Shown one piece after another: positions 17,894 through 28,522 of a DNA stretch of 64,000 nt. The notes under the pieces are model-generated. The model made no database searches. It was not told the origin of the DNA and saw nothing but the letters and a program-made list of their open reading frames with translations. Origin of the DNA: an uncultured Actinomycetota bacterium (lineage in GTDB: Bacteria > Actinomycetota > Actinomycetes > Mycobacteriales > CADCTP01); assembly GCA_963728945.1 (NCBI GenBank), contig CAVSMA010000002.1, forward strand, positions 1,250,723-1,314,722, in the 5' to 3' direction. The position numbers were made by a program, and so were the translations under genes. Position 1 is the first letter of the stretch. Each line of letters opens with the position of its first letter.

Positions 17894-20281
17894 GTGCGTC
17901 CAGTCACGCCGCGCATCGTCGCGGTCACCGCATCTGTCCTGCTCGCGGTCGGCGTCCTCGCCGTCGCCGGGCCACCCGCCTCCGCCGCGTCGGCGGACGT
18001 CGCGATCAGCCAGGTGTACGGGGGCGGCGGCAACGCCGGCGCCACGCTCACCAACGACTTCATCGAGCTGCGGAACACGTCCGCGGCGGCGGTCGACCTC
18101 ACCGGCTGGTCGGTGCAGTACGCGTCGGCCGCGGGCACCTCCTACCAGGTGACCGCGCTGTCCGGCAGCATCCCGGCCGGCGCGCACTACCTGGTGCAGG
18201 AGGCCGCCGGCAACGGCGGGACCGCTGCGCTGCCGACGCCGGACGCGACCGGCTCGATCGCCATGTCCGCCGCCAGCGGCAAGGTCGCGCTGGTCACCGC
18301 CGCGACGGCGCTGACCTGCGGGGCCGACTGCGACGCCGCCGCCGGCGTGCGCGACTTCGTCGGCTACGGCGCCGCCAACGACTTCGAGACCGCGGCCGCC
18401 CCTGGGCTCAGCAACACGACCGCCGACCTGCGCGGCGACGGGCCGGACACGGACGACAACGCGGCCGACTTCGCCGCCGGCGACCCGAACCCGCGCAACA
18501 CCGGCGGGGGCGGCACGCCGCCGGACCCGGGCGTGCCCGGCCTGCGCATCCACGACATCCAGGGCGCGGCCCAGGTCTCGCCGGAGGCCGGCGTCAAGGT
18601 GGCCGAGGTGCCGGGCGTGGTGACCACGCTGTCGACCAACGGCTTCTGGTTCCAGGACCCGACCCCGGACGCCGACGCGGCAACCAGCGAGGGCCTGTTC
18701 GTGTTCACCCGCACCGCGCCGACCGTCGCGATCGGGGACGCGGTCACGGTGACCGGCACGGTCTCCGAGTTCCGCCCGGGCGGCGCCGCGACCAACCTCA
18801 GCACCACCGAGCTGACCAGCCCGGCCGTCACGGTCACCGCCTCCGGCCAGGCGCTGCCGGCGCCGACCGTGGTGGGTCCGGACGGGCGGGCGGTGCCGAA
18901 GACGGTGATCGAGAACGACGCGAACGGCGACGTGGAGAAGACCGAGGCCGCCTTCGACCCGGCCGACGACGGGCTGGACTTCTGGGAGTCGCTGGAGGGC
19001 ATGCGGATCTCGATCACCGACGCGCAGGTGGTCGGCCCGACGAACCGGTTCGGCGAGACCTCGGTCGTCCCGCCGGGCTCGACCGTACGCACCCGGCGCG
19101 GCGGCATCGTGCTGCAGGCGAACGACCCGAACCCGGAGCGGATCGTGCTCGCCCCGACCCTGGTCGACGTCCCGCGGGCCAACGTCGGCGATTCGTACGC
19201 CGGAGCGACGGTCGGCGTCGTCGACTACAACTTCGGCAACTTCGAGCTGCTGCCGAGCGTGGCGCCGACGCTGGTCAGCGGCGGCCTGCAGCGTGAGGTC
19301 ACCGCGAAGCCGAACGCGCTGCAGCTGTCGGTGGCCACGTTCAACGTGGAGAACCTCGCCCCGGGCGACCCGCAGACCAAGTTCGACACGCTGGCCCAGT
19401 ACGCGGTGCACAACCTGCAGGCGCCGGACGTGCTGGCGCTGGAGGAGATCCAGGACAACACCGGCGCCGTGGACGACGGCGTGGTCGCGGCCGACCAGAC
19501 GATCGGCAAGCTGGTCGCGGCGATCACCGCGGCCGGCGGGCCGGCGTACCAGTTCCGCGAGATCGACCCGGTCGACGACGCCGACGGCGGCCAGCCGGGC
19601 GGCAACATCCGGGTGGTGTTCCTGTTCCGGACCGACCGCGGGCTGTCGTTCGTCGACCGGCCGGGTGGCACCTCGACCGCGGCCACCGCGGTCACCCGGG
19701 ACCCGGCGGGTCGGCCGCACCTGTCGCTCTCGCCGGGCCGGATCGACCCGATGAGCGCGGCCTGGACCGACAGCCGCAAGCCGCTGGCGGGCGAGTTCCG
19801 CTGGCGCGGCCGGACGATCTTCGTGATCGCGAACCACTTCGTCTCCAAGGGCGGCGACGACCCGCTGTACGGGCGGTTCCAGCCGATCCAGCAGCCCTCG
19901 CAGGTGCAGCGGGTGCAGCAGGCGACCGAGGTGCGGGACTTCGTCGACCAGATCGTGGCGGCCGACCGGAACGCGAACGTCGTGGTCCTCGGCGACCTCA
20001 ACGACTTCGACTTCGCCGCCCCGATCGACACGCTGACCTCGACCGGGCACCTGGTCGACCTGCCGAGGACGCTGCCGATCCAGGAGCGCTACACGTACGT
20101 CTTCGAGGGCAACTCGGAGGTGCTCGACCACATCCTGCTCTCGAGGTCGATGGCGTACGCGGTCCCGGCCTGCAGCTGCGTGCCGCTGTTCGACTACGAC
20201 CCGGTGCACCTCAACGCCGAGTTCAACGACCAGGTCAGCGACCACGACCCGCAGGTGGTGCGGCTGCTCGTGCGGCCCTGA
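17894..20281 (+). CDS. secreted ExeM/NucH-type extracellular nuclease (lamin-tail domain + EEP domain)
   Basis: 795 aa. Signal peptide ends PPASAASA. LTD block ISQVYGGGGNAGATLTNDFIELRN...GWSVQYASAAG. EEP blocks VATFNVENL, LALEEIQDN and SDHDPQVV. Confidence 0.8.
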   Translation: MRPVTPRIVAVTASVLLAVGVLAVAGPPASAASADVAISQVYGGGGNAGATLTNDFIELRNTSAAAVDLTGWSVQYASAAGTSYQVTALSGSIPAGAHYLVQEAAGNGGTAALPTPDATGSIAMSAASGKVALVTAATALTCGADCDAAAGVRDFVGYGAANDFETAAAPGLSNTTADLRGDGPDTDDNAADFAAGDPNPRNTGGGGTPPDPGVPGLRIHDIQGAAQVSPEAGVKVAEVPGVVTTLSTNGFWFQDPTPDADAATSEGLFVFTRTAPTVAIGDAVTVTGTVSEFRPGGAATNLSTTELTSPAVTVTASGQALPAPTVVGPDGRAVPKTVIENDANGDVEKTEAAFDPADDGLDFWESLEGMRISITDAQVVGPTNRFGETSVVPPGSTVRTRRGGIVLQANDPNPERIVLAPTLVDVPRANVGDSYAGATVGVVDYNFGNFELLPSVAPTLVSGGLQREVTAKPNALQLSVATFNVENLAPGDPQTKFDTLAQYAVHNLQAPDVLALEEIQDNTGAVDDGVVAADQTIGKLVAAITAAGGPAYQFREIDPVDDADGGQPGGNIRVVFLFRTDRGLSFVDRPGGTSTAATAVTRDPAGRPHLSLSPGRIDPMSAAWTDSRKPLAGEFRWRGRTIFVIANHFVSKGGDDPLYGRFQPIQQPSQVQRVQQATEVRDFVDQIVAADRNANVVVLGDLNDFDFAAPIDTLTSTGHLVDLPRTLPIQERYTYVFEGNSEVLDHILLSRSMAYAVPACSCVPLFDYDPVHLNAEFNDQVSDHDPQVVRLLVRP

Positions 20282-20475
20282 TCTCCTGACCGCGGACGGA
20301 CCCGGCACCTGCGTGGTGTCGGGGACGTCTGCCTGCGGTGGGTTCGGCTGCTTTCGAGTGCCCGAGTCCGGTGGTACTACGACCATTCGGCCTCGTTCGG
20401 TCCCTTCAGCGGGGATGTGTCGCTGCCCTAGGGTTGTTGCATTGGGGGCCCCGCAAGCACGCCGAAGGGACTTCC

Positions 20476-21237
20476 ATGCTCGCAGCCTCCCACCTCGCCT
20501 ACCGGTACGGCCCGAGGCGGTGGGGACTCCTCGACGGTCACTTCTCGGTCGGCGGACCGGTGGTCGGCGTGCTCGGTCCGGCCGGTGCCGGCAAGTCCAC
20601 CCTGCTCGCCCTGCTGACCGCGGCCAGGACCGCCACCAGCGGGACGCTGCTGGTCAGCGGGCTCGACCCGGGCGAGCGGCGGCAGCGGCGGCAGCTTCGG
20701 TCGCGGCTCGGCTTCGTGCCGCAGTGGCTGTCGATCCACCCGCGGCAGACCGTCGGCGAGTTCCTGGCGTACGTCGGCTGGCTGCGCCGGGTGCCGGCGG
20801 CCGGGCTCGGCCAGGCGATCGCCGACAGCCTGCTCGCCACCGACCTGACCGAGCTGCGGGACCGGCCGGTGCGCAGCCTGCCCGCGGGCACCCGGCACCG
20901 GCTGGTGCTGGCCCAGGCGCTGGTCAACCGCCCGTCGCTGGTGGTGCTGGACGAGCCGCTGGTGGGGCTCGGTCCCGAGCAGCGGGCGCAGTTCCTGGCC
21001 CGGGTGGCGGCCATGCGCGACGACGGCACCACCGTGGTGCTGGCCACCCCGCTCGCCGCGGACGTCGCCGCGGTCTGCACTGAAGTGGTCGTGCTCGCCG
21101 GCGGCCGCACGCTGTTCAGCGGCACCACCGCGGCGCTGGCCGGCGTCGGCGGTCCGGCCGCCCACCCGCGCGGACCCGCGCCGGTGTTGGCCGGCTACCA
21201 CCGGCTGCTCGCCGGCGCCGGGGCGGTGGCCGGGTGA
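20476..21237 (+). CDS. ABC transporter ATP-binding protein
   Basis: ATG 20476 follows GAAGGGA. Walker A GPAGAGKST, degenerate signature LPAGTRHRL, Walker B LVVLDEP. Confidence 0.8.
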   Translation: MLAASHLAYRYGPRRWGLLDGHFSVGGPVVGVLGPAGAGKSTLLALLTAARTATSGTLLVSGLDPGERRQRRQLRSRLGFVPQWLSIHPRQTVGEFLAYVGWLRRVPAAGLGQAIADSLLATDLTELRDRPVRSLPAGTRHRLVLAQALVNRPSLVVLDEPLVGLGPEQRAQFLARVAAMRDDGTTVVLATPLAADVAAVCTEVVVLAGGRTLFSGTTAALAGVGGPAAHPRGPAPVLAGYHRLLAGAGAVAG

Positions 21238-22466
21238 GCCCAGGCCTGCGGGCGCTGCGAGCCGAGCTGACCTCCCGGGCTGGGCTGCTCGTCGGGCTGC
21301 TGTCGGTCACGGTCGCGCTGACCACCGGGCTGATGCGGATGCCGCCGCCGACCGGGCCGAGCTGGTCGGCGACGTTCAACGAGGCGCTGCTCGGGCTGGT
21401 CGGGCTGGCCCCGGTGTGCGCCGGCGCGGTTGCCTGGCTCGTGCAGGACTACCAGCGGCGCGGCATCGCCGCGCTGGCCGGCAGCTCGCCGCGCGGTGCC
21501 GTCGGCGGCGCGCTGCCCCGGGTCGGCGCCGCGCTGCTCTGGGCGCTGGCCGGCTACCTCGTGCTGCTGCTGATCTCCGCCGTCCGCACCACCCACCGCG
21601 GGTTGCCGGACTGGCCGCCGCTGCTGCTGGTGCTGCTGGCGACGGCGTTCCTGGCCGTGGGCGCGGCGCTGGGCTGGGCGGTCGGCGCGGTGGCCACCGT
21701 CCGGGCGGCGCCGCCGCTGCTCGGCGTCGCCCTGTTCGCCGGCGTCTACGCCGGCTCGTACGGCGACGACTGGGTCGGGCGGCTGACGCCGGTCGACCGG
21801 ATGGCGGTCTACCGGTCGTTCCTGCAGCCGCACGTGCGGCTCGTGCTGGCGCAGGTCGCCGTGCTCGCCGCGGTCGCCGCGCTGGCCCTGTGCGTGCCGC
21901 TGGCCGGCGGCCTGGCCCGCCGGTGGACCGGCCTGTCGGCCGCGGTGGTGCTCACCGGCGCCGTGCTGGTGCTGTCCAAGACCGACCCGGACCCGACCGA
22001 GATCCGCGCAGCGCCGCGCCAGCCGGCCTGCGCCGGCAGCGGAGTCGTGGTGTGCCTGCGACCGGAGAACGCCGACCTGCTCGCGCCGTCGAGCACGGCG
22101 CTGTCCGCGGCCGCCGCCGCGCTCGCCCCGTACCTCCCGGTGCCGATGCGGTTCAGCGAGCCCGGCATCGACCGGCGGGTGGACCACGGGCCCGGGGTGT
22201 ACGTGCCGCCGCCGGAGCCGGGCGACCCGCTCGCGTTCGAGGCCGCGGCGCTGGCCGCGATCCTGCCGCCGCCGTGCCCGCGGCGGGTCGCCGACGCGTC
22301 CGCGACGACGGCGTACGGGGACGTGCTGCTCTGGGCCGACGCCACGGTGAACGGGCCGGCCGGCATCCCCGCGTACGAGCGGCAGCGGTTCGCGCGGATC
22401 CTCGCCCAGAACGTGCCCGGCCAGCGGGAGTGGGTGCGGCGGCACCTCACCGCGGCCTGCTCGTGA
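21234..22466 (+). CDS. membrane protein coupled to the ABC ATPase (function unknown)
   Basis: GTGA overlap with the ATPase stop. About 6 hydrophobic segments fill the first 250 aa. A 150-aa Cys-containing soluble C-terminal domain follows. I recognise no family. Confidence 0.55.
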   Translation: MSPGLRALRAELTSRAGLLVGLLSVTVALTTGLMRMPPPTGPSWSATFNEALLGLVGLAPVCAGAVAWLVQDYQRRGIAALAGSSPRGAVGGALPRVGAALLWALAGYLVLLLISAVRTTHRGLPDWPPLLLVLLATAFLAVGAALGWAVGAVATVRAAPPLLGVALFAGVYAGSYGDDWVGRLTPVDRMAVYRSFLQPHVRLVLAQVAVLAAVAALALCVPLAGGLARRWTGLSAAVVLTGAVLVLSKTDPDPTEIRAAPRQPACAGSGVVVCLRPENADLLAPSSTALSAAAAALAPYLPVPMRFSEPGIDRRVDHGPGVYVPPPEPGDPLAFEAAALAAILPPPCPRRVADASATTAYGDVLLWADATVNGPAGIPAYERQRFARILAQNVPGQREWVRRHLTAACS

Positions 22467-22553
22467 GCTCGTCCCGGCCGGTCCCGTCCCGGCCCGGTCC
22501 CGGTGCCGACGCGGTCCGTGCCGGCCGGTCCGCTGCCGCGTACCGTGGCGGGC

Positions 22554-22982
22554 GTGACGAAGCCTCAGATCCCGGCCCCGGCGGTGGAGAAGACCGACGA
22601 GCAGTGGCGCGCCGAGCTGTCCCCGGCGGAATACGAGGTGCTGCGGCGGGCCGGCACCGAGCGACCGTGGACCGGCCGGTACGTCGACGACCACCGCACC
22701 GGCATATACCGCTGCCGCGCCTGCGGCAGCGAGCTGTTCCGGTCCGACACCAAGTTCGACTCGCACTGCGGCTGGCCGAGCTTCTGGTCGCCGCTGGCCG
22801 GCGAGCGGGTGATCCTGCGCGAGGACAGCAGCATGGGCATGACCCGCGTCGAGGTGCTCTGCGCCAGCTGCCACTCGCACCTCGGGCACGTCTTCCACGG
22901 CGAGGGATACGGCACGCCGACCGACGACCGCTACTGCATCAACTCGATCTCGCTGACGTTCGAGGACGGGCCGGCTAGCTGA
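22554..22982 (+). CDS. msrB: peptide-methionine (R)-S-oxide reductase
   Basis: Blocks YRCRACGSELF, HCGWPSF, ASCHSHLGHVFHGEG and RYCINS. GTG 22554 gives a typical 142-aa length. Confidence 0.85.
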   Translation: MTKPQIPAPAVEKTDEQWRAELSPAEYEVLRRAGTERPWTGRYVDDHRTGIYRCRACGSELFRSDTKFDSHCGWPSFWSPLAGERVILREDSSMGMTRVEVLCASCHSHLGHVFHGEGYGTPTDDRYCINSISLTFEDGPAS

Positions 22983-24147
22983 TCGACGGCGGCCGGGCGC
23001 CGAGGAAGAACCAGCCCGGCAGGCCGGCGGTCTCGAACCCGGCGCTCGGGTTGCCGGAGATCGTCGAGCCGGTGACCGTGGCCGTGCCGGTGCGGTCGTT
23101 GCTCACGAAGAAGATCGCCCCGCCGCCCTCGGCGGCCGAGTTGCCGGTGATCCGCGAGCCGGCGATCCGCAGCGTGAACGTGTTGCCGTCGAGGTAGATC
23201 GCGCCACCGCTGCCGCCGCCCGGGGTGCCGGACCGGGCCGGGTTGGCGCCGGTGCCGATCGCCTTGTTGCCGGTGAACGTGCTGTCGCCGATGTCCCAGG
23301 ACACCCCGATGCTGGACAGCGCGCCGCCGTTGGAGCAGACGCCGCCGGTGAACGTGCTGCCGACGATCCGTACCGGCTGGCCGTGGTACTGGCTGAGCAC
23401 CCGCAGCGCCGCCCCACCCAGGTCCGGCCCGGTCGGATCGCAGCGGTTGCCGACGAACCGGGAGCCGATGACCGAGAGCCGGCCGCCGCGGACGAAGATC
23501 GCTCCGCCACCGCCGCCCTCGGTCAGCTCGCCGGTCGAGTTGCCGTTGGCGAACGTCAGGTTCTGCACGACCAGCTCGGGCGTCTGCTGGTCCTGGCAGT
23601 GGGAGGTCGTGTAGCCCTGCTTCTGGTCGCAGGTGTTCTGGTAGAGGATCCGCCGCTGGCCGCCGCCGGACAGCGTCACCGTCCCGCCGCCGTCGAGGAC
23701 CGTGCGCGGGTGCGCGTTGACGATCTTCGCGGTCTGGGTCATCGCGATCGTCACCGGCGCCGGGCCGCAGTCGAACGTGATCACCCCGCCGGCCGCGACC
23801 GCGGCGACGACCGCGGCGGAGGTGCAGCTGGCCGGCGAGCCGGAGCCGACGACCCGGTCCGGGTGCGAGGTGTCGACGCCGCGGGTGTCGATCGGCGCGG
23901 CCGCACCGCCGGGCTTCGCCGCGGCCGTGGTCGTCCGCGGCGCCGGCACGAGCGTCCGCGCGGACGGCAGCGGGCGGGCCGGCGGGCGGGACGTGGTCGC
24001 CTCGGGAGTCGGCGCGGGAGTCGGCGCGCTCCTCACCGCCGGCGCGGGAGCCCGGTCGGCGACCGGGCGGGCCGGCGAGCCGCAGGCCGCCAGCGCCGCA
24101 ACGCCGGCGAGGCCGACCGCGAGCAGACCCACCCGCCGTACGAGCAC
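22975..24147 (-). CDS. lipoprotein with right-handed parallel beta-helix-like repeats
   Basis: 390 aa. Lipobox ALAACG, then a Pro/Ala/Thr linker. Repeated G-rich rungs follow (GGGGAIFVRGG, GGAALRV, NGGALSS, GGSGGAIYLDGN, EGGGAIFFVSN). Confidence 0.65.
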   Translation of the reverse strand: MLVRRVGLLAVGLAGVAALAACGSPARPVADRAPAPAVRSAPTPAPTPEATTSRPPARPLPSARTLVPAPRTTTAAAKPGGAAAPIDTRGVDTSHPDRVVGSGSPASCTSAAVVAAVAAGGVITFDCGPAPVTIAMTQTAKIVNAHPRTVLDGGGTVTLSGGGQRRILYQNTCDQKQGYTTSHCQDQQTPELVVQNLTFANGNSTGELTEGGGGGAIFVRGGRLSVIGSRFVGNRCDPTGPDLGGAALRVLSQYHGQPVRIVGSTFTGGVCSNGGALSSIGVSWDIGDSTFTGNKAIGTGANPARSGTPGGGSGGAIYLDGNTFTLRIAGSRITGNSAAEGGGAIFFVSNDRTGTATVTGSTISGNPSAGFETAGLPGWFFLGARPPSIS

Positions 24148-24207
24148 CGCGGGACGCTAGCACGCGCTCGCGCGCCGGTACCCGCCCGACCCCGGCGGGT
24201 CACCGGG

Positions 24208-24903
24208 TCAGGGCAGCGCGGCGACGAGGTCGGCGACCGGCCGGCGGCGGCCGGTGTAGAACGGGATCTCCGCACGGACGTGCCGGCGGGTCACCGACCC
24301 GCGCAGGTGCCGCATCAGGTCCACGATCCGGTCCAGCTCGTCCGCCTCGAAGGCGAGGATCCACTCGTAGTCGCCGAGTGCGAACGCGGCGACCGTGTTC
24401 GCTCGGACGTCCGGGTATTCCCGGGCCATCCGCCCGTGCTCGGCCAGCATCTCCCGGCGTTCCTTGTCCGGCAGCAGATACCACTCGTACGAGCGGACGA
24501 ACGGGTAGACACAGACGTAGTCGCGCGCCTCCTCCTCGGCGAGGAAGGCCGGCACGTGGCTCTTGTTGAACTCGGCCGGCCGGTGCAGCGCGAACTGCGA
24601 CCACACCGGCTCCATCGACCGGCCGAGCTCGGTGCGCCGGAACCGCCCGTAGGCCTCCTGCAGGTCGTCGGGGGACGCCGCATGCCACCAGAGCAGCAGG
24701 TCGGCGTCCGCCCGCAGCGCGGACACGTCGTACGTGCCGCGCACCACCACATCCTTCGCGGCCAGCTGCTCGAACAGCTGCTCCACCTCGGCGGCCACCG
24801 CGGCCCGGTCGGCGGCCAGCGGGGTCACGGCCCGGAACACCGACCAGGCGGTGTAGCGGATCATCTCGTTCAGCTCACGGGCCCGCTTGCCATTCACTGC
24901 CAC
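24208..24903 (-). CDS. chdC: coproheme decarboxylase (HemQ/ChdC, chlorite dismutase family)
   Basis: Blocks [51 protein letters not shown] and [20 protein letters not shown] 24903 gives 231 aa, but the start is uncertain. Confidence 0.85.
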   Translation of the reverse strand: MAVNGKRARELNEMIRYTAWSVFRAVTPLAADRAAVAAEVEQLFEQLAAKDVVVRGTYDVSALRADADLLLWWHAASPDDLQEAYGRFRRTELGRSMEPVWSQFALHRPAEFNKSHVPAFLAEEEARDYVCVYPFVRSYEWYLLPDKERREMLAEHGRMAREYPDVRANTVAAFALGDYEWILAFEADELDRIVDLMRHLRGSVTRRHVRAEIPFYTGRRRPVADLVAALP

Positions 24904-26290
24904 GACTCGATTCTCGCAGGTGTTCCAGGACCCTGCTCGCGGCCGCGTACCCGGACCGGATGCAGGCCGGAACGCCGACCCCGTCGAACGCGGCCCCGCA
25001 GACCGCAAGCCCCGGCACCCTGGCCACGTCGGCCCGGATCCGGCGGACCCGCTCGAGGTGACCGGGTGCGTACTGGGGCAGCGCGCCGCCCCAGCGGGTC
25101 ACCCGGTGCGCCACCGGGGCCGCCCGGATGCCCGCCAGCGCCGCGAGCTGGCCGAGCACGAGCCGGACCAGCTCGGTGTCGTCCCGGTGCAACACCCGGG
25201 CCTCCCGGTGCCGGCCGACCGAGGCCCGCACGATCGCCACGTCGTGGCCGGCCAGGTGCCGCCACTTGCGGGACGAGTACGTCACCGCCTTGACCGCGCC
25301 GCCGCCCTCCACCGTCGGCACCAGCAGGCCGGAGCCGGTCAGCCCGGCCAGCGCGGGAGCGGGGAAGGCGAGTGTGACGATTCCCACGCTCGCGTATTCC
25401 ATCGCGGCCAGCTCGTGCGCCGCCCACGGCGCCAGTCCCTCCAGCAGGCCGGCCGCCTTGCCTGCGGGCGCCGCGACCACGACCGCGTCCGCCGCGATCA
25501 TCACCGGGTCCGGCACCGGGCCGCCGACGAGCCGGAAGCCGCCCGGGGTGCGCTCGATCCGGCGGATCGGCAGCCGCAGCCGCACGTCCGCGCCCGACGC
25601 CCGGGCCACCGCCCCGGGCAGCACGCCGAGACCGCCGTCCAGGGTGGCGAACGCGGGGCCGGCGTCCGGCGGGGCGGCGTCGACCACCGAGCGGGCCGCG
25701 TTGACCAGCTTGCCGCCCTCCCGGTCCAGCGCGGCCGCCAGCGCCGGCATCGTCGCCCGCAGCGAGAGGCCGTCGGCGCGGCCCGCATAGACACCGCCGA
25801 GCAGCGGGTCGACCAGCCGCTCCACGATCTCCCGGCCGAGCCGGCGGCCGACGTACTGCCCCACGGCCGGGTCGCCGAGCGGCGCCGGCTCGGCCTTGTC
25901 CGCGCCGACCTCGGCCAGCCCCGCCTCGGTGAGCAGCCCGCTGCGCCGCAGCGCCCCGCGGTCGCCCGGCACGCCGAGCACGGTGCGCGCCGGCAGCCGG
26001 TGCCGCACGCCGTCGATCGCCACCGCCGCCTCGGTCGTCACCGGGTGCACCAGCGCGCGGCCGAGGCCGACGGCCTCGACGAGCTCGAGACACTCCTTCT
26101 GCCGGGCGATGAACGACTCGGCGCCCTCGTCCGCCGGCAGGCCGCCGACCGGCGAGACCCGCAGCTTCCCGCCCACCTTGGAGGCACCGTCGACGAGCAC
26201 GACCCGCGTGCCGGGCGGGGCCCCGCGGGACACCGCCAGCGCCGCGGACAACCCGGCGATGCCGGCTCCGATCACCACGACGCGCGCCAC
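24875..26290 (-). CDS. hemY: HemY-type protoporphyrinogen/coproporphyrinogen III oxidase
   Basis: GTG 26290 opens [17 protein letters not shown] (FAD fold). C-terminal blocks WGGALPQY and [15 protein letters not shown]. 471 aa. Confidence 0.85.
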   Translation of the reverse strand: MARVVVIGAGIAGLSAALAVSRGAPPGTRVVLVDGASKVGGKLRVSPVGGLPADEGAESFIARQKECLELVEAVGLGRALVHPVTTEAAVAIDGVRHRLPARTVLGVPGDRGALRRSGLLTEAGLAEVGADKAEPAPLGDPAVGQYVGRRLGREIVERLVDPLLGGVYAGRADGLSLRATMPALAAALDREGGKLVNAARSVVDAAPPDAGPAFATLDGGLGVLPGAVARASGADVRLRLPIRRIERTPGGFRLVGGPVPDPVMIAADAVVVAAPAGKAAGLLEGLAPWAAHELAAMEYASVGIVTLAFPAPALAGLTGSGLLVPTVEGGGAVKAVTYSSRKWRHLAGHDVAIVRASVGRHREARVLHRDDTELVRLVLGQLAALAGIRAAPVAHRVTRWGGALPQYAPGHLERVRRIRADVARVPGLAVCGAAFDGVGVPACIRSGYAAASRVLEHLRESSRGSEWQAGP

Positions 26291-26404
26291 CGCCCCATCT
26301 TGCTCGCTCGGTGCAATCCGATCGAGACCGGATCGCGATCTCCGTCGTGGAACCCGTACCGGGCCGCCGCAGTCGGACCGCCACACGACGGCAGGGAGGG
26401 TGAG

Positions 26405-27322
26405 ATGGGCGGTCGGGCGAGGTGGCTGGGGGCGGCCGGGCTGGCACTCGCCCTGGTCGGGGTGCTCGCGGCGTGCACCGGGTCGGGCCAGGGCTCGGGC
26501 ACCCGTGCCGGTGCCGGCGCGGCCGCCTCGGCGCCGGACAGGGCGGCGCCGAACCCGGCCGCGGGGGCGAACGCGGCGCCGCCGAACGCCGGCACGAAGG
26601 ACTCGGCAGCGGACACCGCGTCGATCACGCTGCGCCCGGCACTGATCCGGACGGCCGAGCTGACCGTCGTCGTCCACGACGTCCCGGCCGAAGCGGCCGC
26701 GGCCGGCGCCGCGGCCCGGGCCGCCGGCGGCGCCGTGGCCGGCGACGACCGGTCCGGCTCGGGCGCCGACGCGCACGCGACGCTCGTGCTCAAGGTGCCG
26801 CCGGAGAAGATGGACGCGATGCTGGACCGGCTCGGCCGGCTCGGCCGCGAGCAGTCCCGGTCGAGCAGCACCCAGGACGTGACCCAGGACGTCGCCGACG
26901 TCGACGCCAGGGTCGCCTCCATGCAGGCCTCGATCGCCCGGGTGCGGGCCATCCTGTCGCGGGCCGAGCGGATCGGCGACGTGGTCTCGGTGGAGGGCGA
27001 GCTGTCCCGGCGGACCACCGAGCTCGAGTCGCTGCAGGCCCGGCAGCGCGCGCTGGCCGGGCAGGTGAACTACGCGACGATCACCCTGCGGCTCACGGCG
27101 GACCGCGCCGCGGCGCCGGCACCGCCGCCGGAGCGGGCCGGCTTCGTCGGCGGCCTGCGCGACGGCTGGCACGCGTTCGCCGCGACGCTCGGCTGGGTGT
27201 TCACCGCGCTCGGCGCGGTGCTGCCGTTCCTGCTGCTGGCGGTCCCGGTCGCGGTCGCCTTGCTGCTGCGCCGCCGCCGGCTCACCGCCGCACCGAGTGC
27301 ACCAGCTCCACGACCCGAGTGA
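26405..27322 (+). CDS. DUF4349-like lipoprotein with a C-terminal TM anchor
   Basis: ATG 26405 follows GGGAGGG. Lipobox VLAACTG. Coiled-coil-like middle ([20 protein letters not shown]...[11 protein letters not shown]). Terminal TM segment. Confidence 0.7.
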   Translation: MGGRARWLGAAGLALALVGVLAACTGSGQGSGTRAGAGAAASAPDRAAPNPAAGANAAPPNAGTKDSAADTASITLRPALIRTAELTVVVHDVPAEAAAAGAAARAAGGAVAGDDRSGSGADAHATLVLKVPPEKMDAMLDRLGRLGREQSRSSSTQDVTQDVADVDARVASMQASIARVRAILSRAERIGDVVSVEGELSRRTTELESLQARQRALAGQVNYATITLRLTADRAAAPAPPPERAGFVGGLRDGWHAFAATLGWVFTALGAVLPFLLLAVPVAVALLLRRRRLTAAPSAPAPRPE

Positions 27323-28337
27323 GCGCGGTGGGGTCGGTCTCCGGCAGCACCCCGTGGCCGAGGTTGAACACGTGGCCCGGGGCGGCGCGGCCGTCCGCGA
27401 GCACCCGCCGCACCTCGGCCTCGACGACCGGCCAGTCGGCCAGCAGCAGCGCCGGGTCGAGGTTGCCCTGCACCGCCCGGCCCGGCCCGACCCGGCGGGA
27501 CGCCTCGTCCAGCGGCACCCGCCAGTCCACCCCGACCACGTCCGCGCCGGCCTCGCCCATCAGCCCCAGCAGCTCGCCGGTGCCGACGCCGAAGTGCACC
27601 GTCGGCACGTCGAGGTCGGCCAGCGCGGCGAACACCGCGGCGCTGTGCGGCTGCACGAACCGGGCGTAGTCACGGGCGGACAGGGCGCCGGCCCAGGAGT
27701 CGAACAGCTGGATCGCGGCCGCGCCGGCCTCGACCTGCACCCGCAGGAACGTGGCCGCGGTGGTCGCCAGCCGGCCCAGCAGCCGGGCCCACAGGTCCGG
27801 CGCGCCGTGCATGAACGCCTTGGTCCGCGCGTGCTCGCGGGACGGCCCGCCCTCGATCAGGTAGCTCGCCAGCGTGAACGGCGCCCCGGCGAACCCGATC
27901 AGCGGCGTGCCGGCCAGCTCCCGGACCAGCATCCGGACGGCCTCGTCGACGTAGCCGACCTGGCCCGGGTCGAGCTCCGGGATCGCGGCCACGTCGGCCC
28001 CGGTCCGTACCGGCGCGGCGACGACCGGGCCGACGCCGGCGGTGATGTCCAGGTCCACCCCGGCCGCCTTGAGCGGCACCATGATGTCCGAGAACAGGAT
28101 CGCGGCGTCCACCCCGTGCCGGCGTACCGGCTGCAGCGTGATCTCGGTGACCAGGTCCGGCCGGGTGCAGGCGTCGAGCATGCCGATCCCGGCCCGGACC
28201 GCCCGGTATTCCGGCAGCGACCGGCCGGCCTGGCGCATGAACCACACCGGCGTGCGCTCGACCGGCTCCCGGCGCATGGCCCGGACCAGCAGGGACGTGG
28301 TCTCGGACGTCGTGCTGGCTGCCGGCGCGCTCATCAC
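27282..28337 (-). CDS. hemE: uroporphyrinogen decarboxylase
   Basis: 351 aa. Blocks [33 protein letters not shown] and [12 protein letters not shown]. Confidence 0.9.
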   Translation of the reverse strand: MMSAPAASTTSETTSLLVRAMRREPVERTPVWFMRQAGRSLPEYRAVRAGIGMLDACTRPDLVTEITLQPVRRHGVDAAILFSDIMVPLKAAGVDLDITAGVGPVVAAPVRTGADVAAIPELDPGQVGYVDEAVRMLVRELAGTPLIGFAGAPFTLASYLIEGGPSREHARTKAFMHGAPDLWARLLGRLATTAATFLRVQVEAGAAAIQLFDSWAGALSARDYARFVQPHSAAVFAALADLDVPTVHFGVGTGELLGLMGEAGADVVGVDWRVPLDEASRRVGPGRAVQGNLDPALLLADWPVVEAEVRRVLADGRAAPGHVFNLGHGVLPETDPTALTRVVELVHSVRR

Positions 28338-28522
28338 GGCTCATCCTGCCACGGGCCGCCCGGCCACGCTCCGCCCCTACCTGGACGTACCAGGACGGAT
28401 GGGGCGGTGACGAGGGCCGCAGCCGCGACACGCCGAGCCTCCTCCCGCGCGCCGTGGTCCCGGCGTGCCACCGTCGCCGTACGGACGCGACGACCGTTCC
28501 CCCGACGTGCCGAGGAGGTCCG

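Noticed and set aside
16637-20386. 1249-aa minus-strand ORF, the largest in the track
   Set aside because: It runs antisense to the clearly homologous nuclease gene and out of frame with the Prim-Pol gene. Its composition is Arg/Gly/Pro/Ala-rich with no recognisable motifs. This is the typical shadow ORF of a high-GC genome.
20338-20475. 46-codon N-terminal extension of the ABC ATPase, or a precursor-peptide gene in the leader
   Set aside because: ATG 20476 has a proper SD, and the typical ABC N-terminus begins there. I found no SD-preceded small ORF with plausible peptide features in 20282-20475.
24887-27322. 811-aa plus-strand ORF taken as one gene
   Set aside because: Only the last 305 codons (from ATG 26405, with SD and lipobox) look coding. 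The rest is antisense to hemY.
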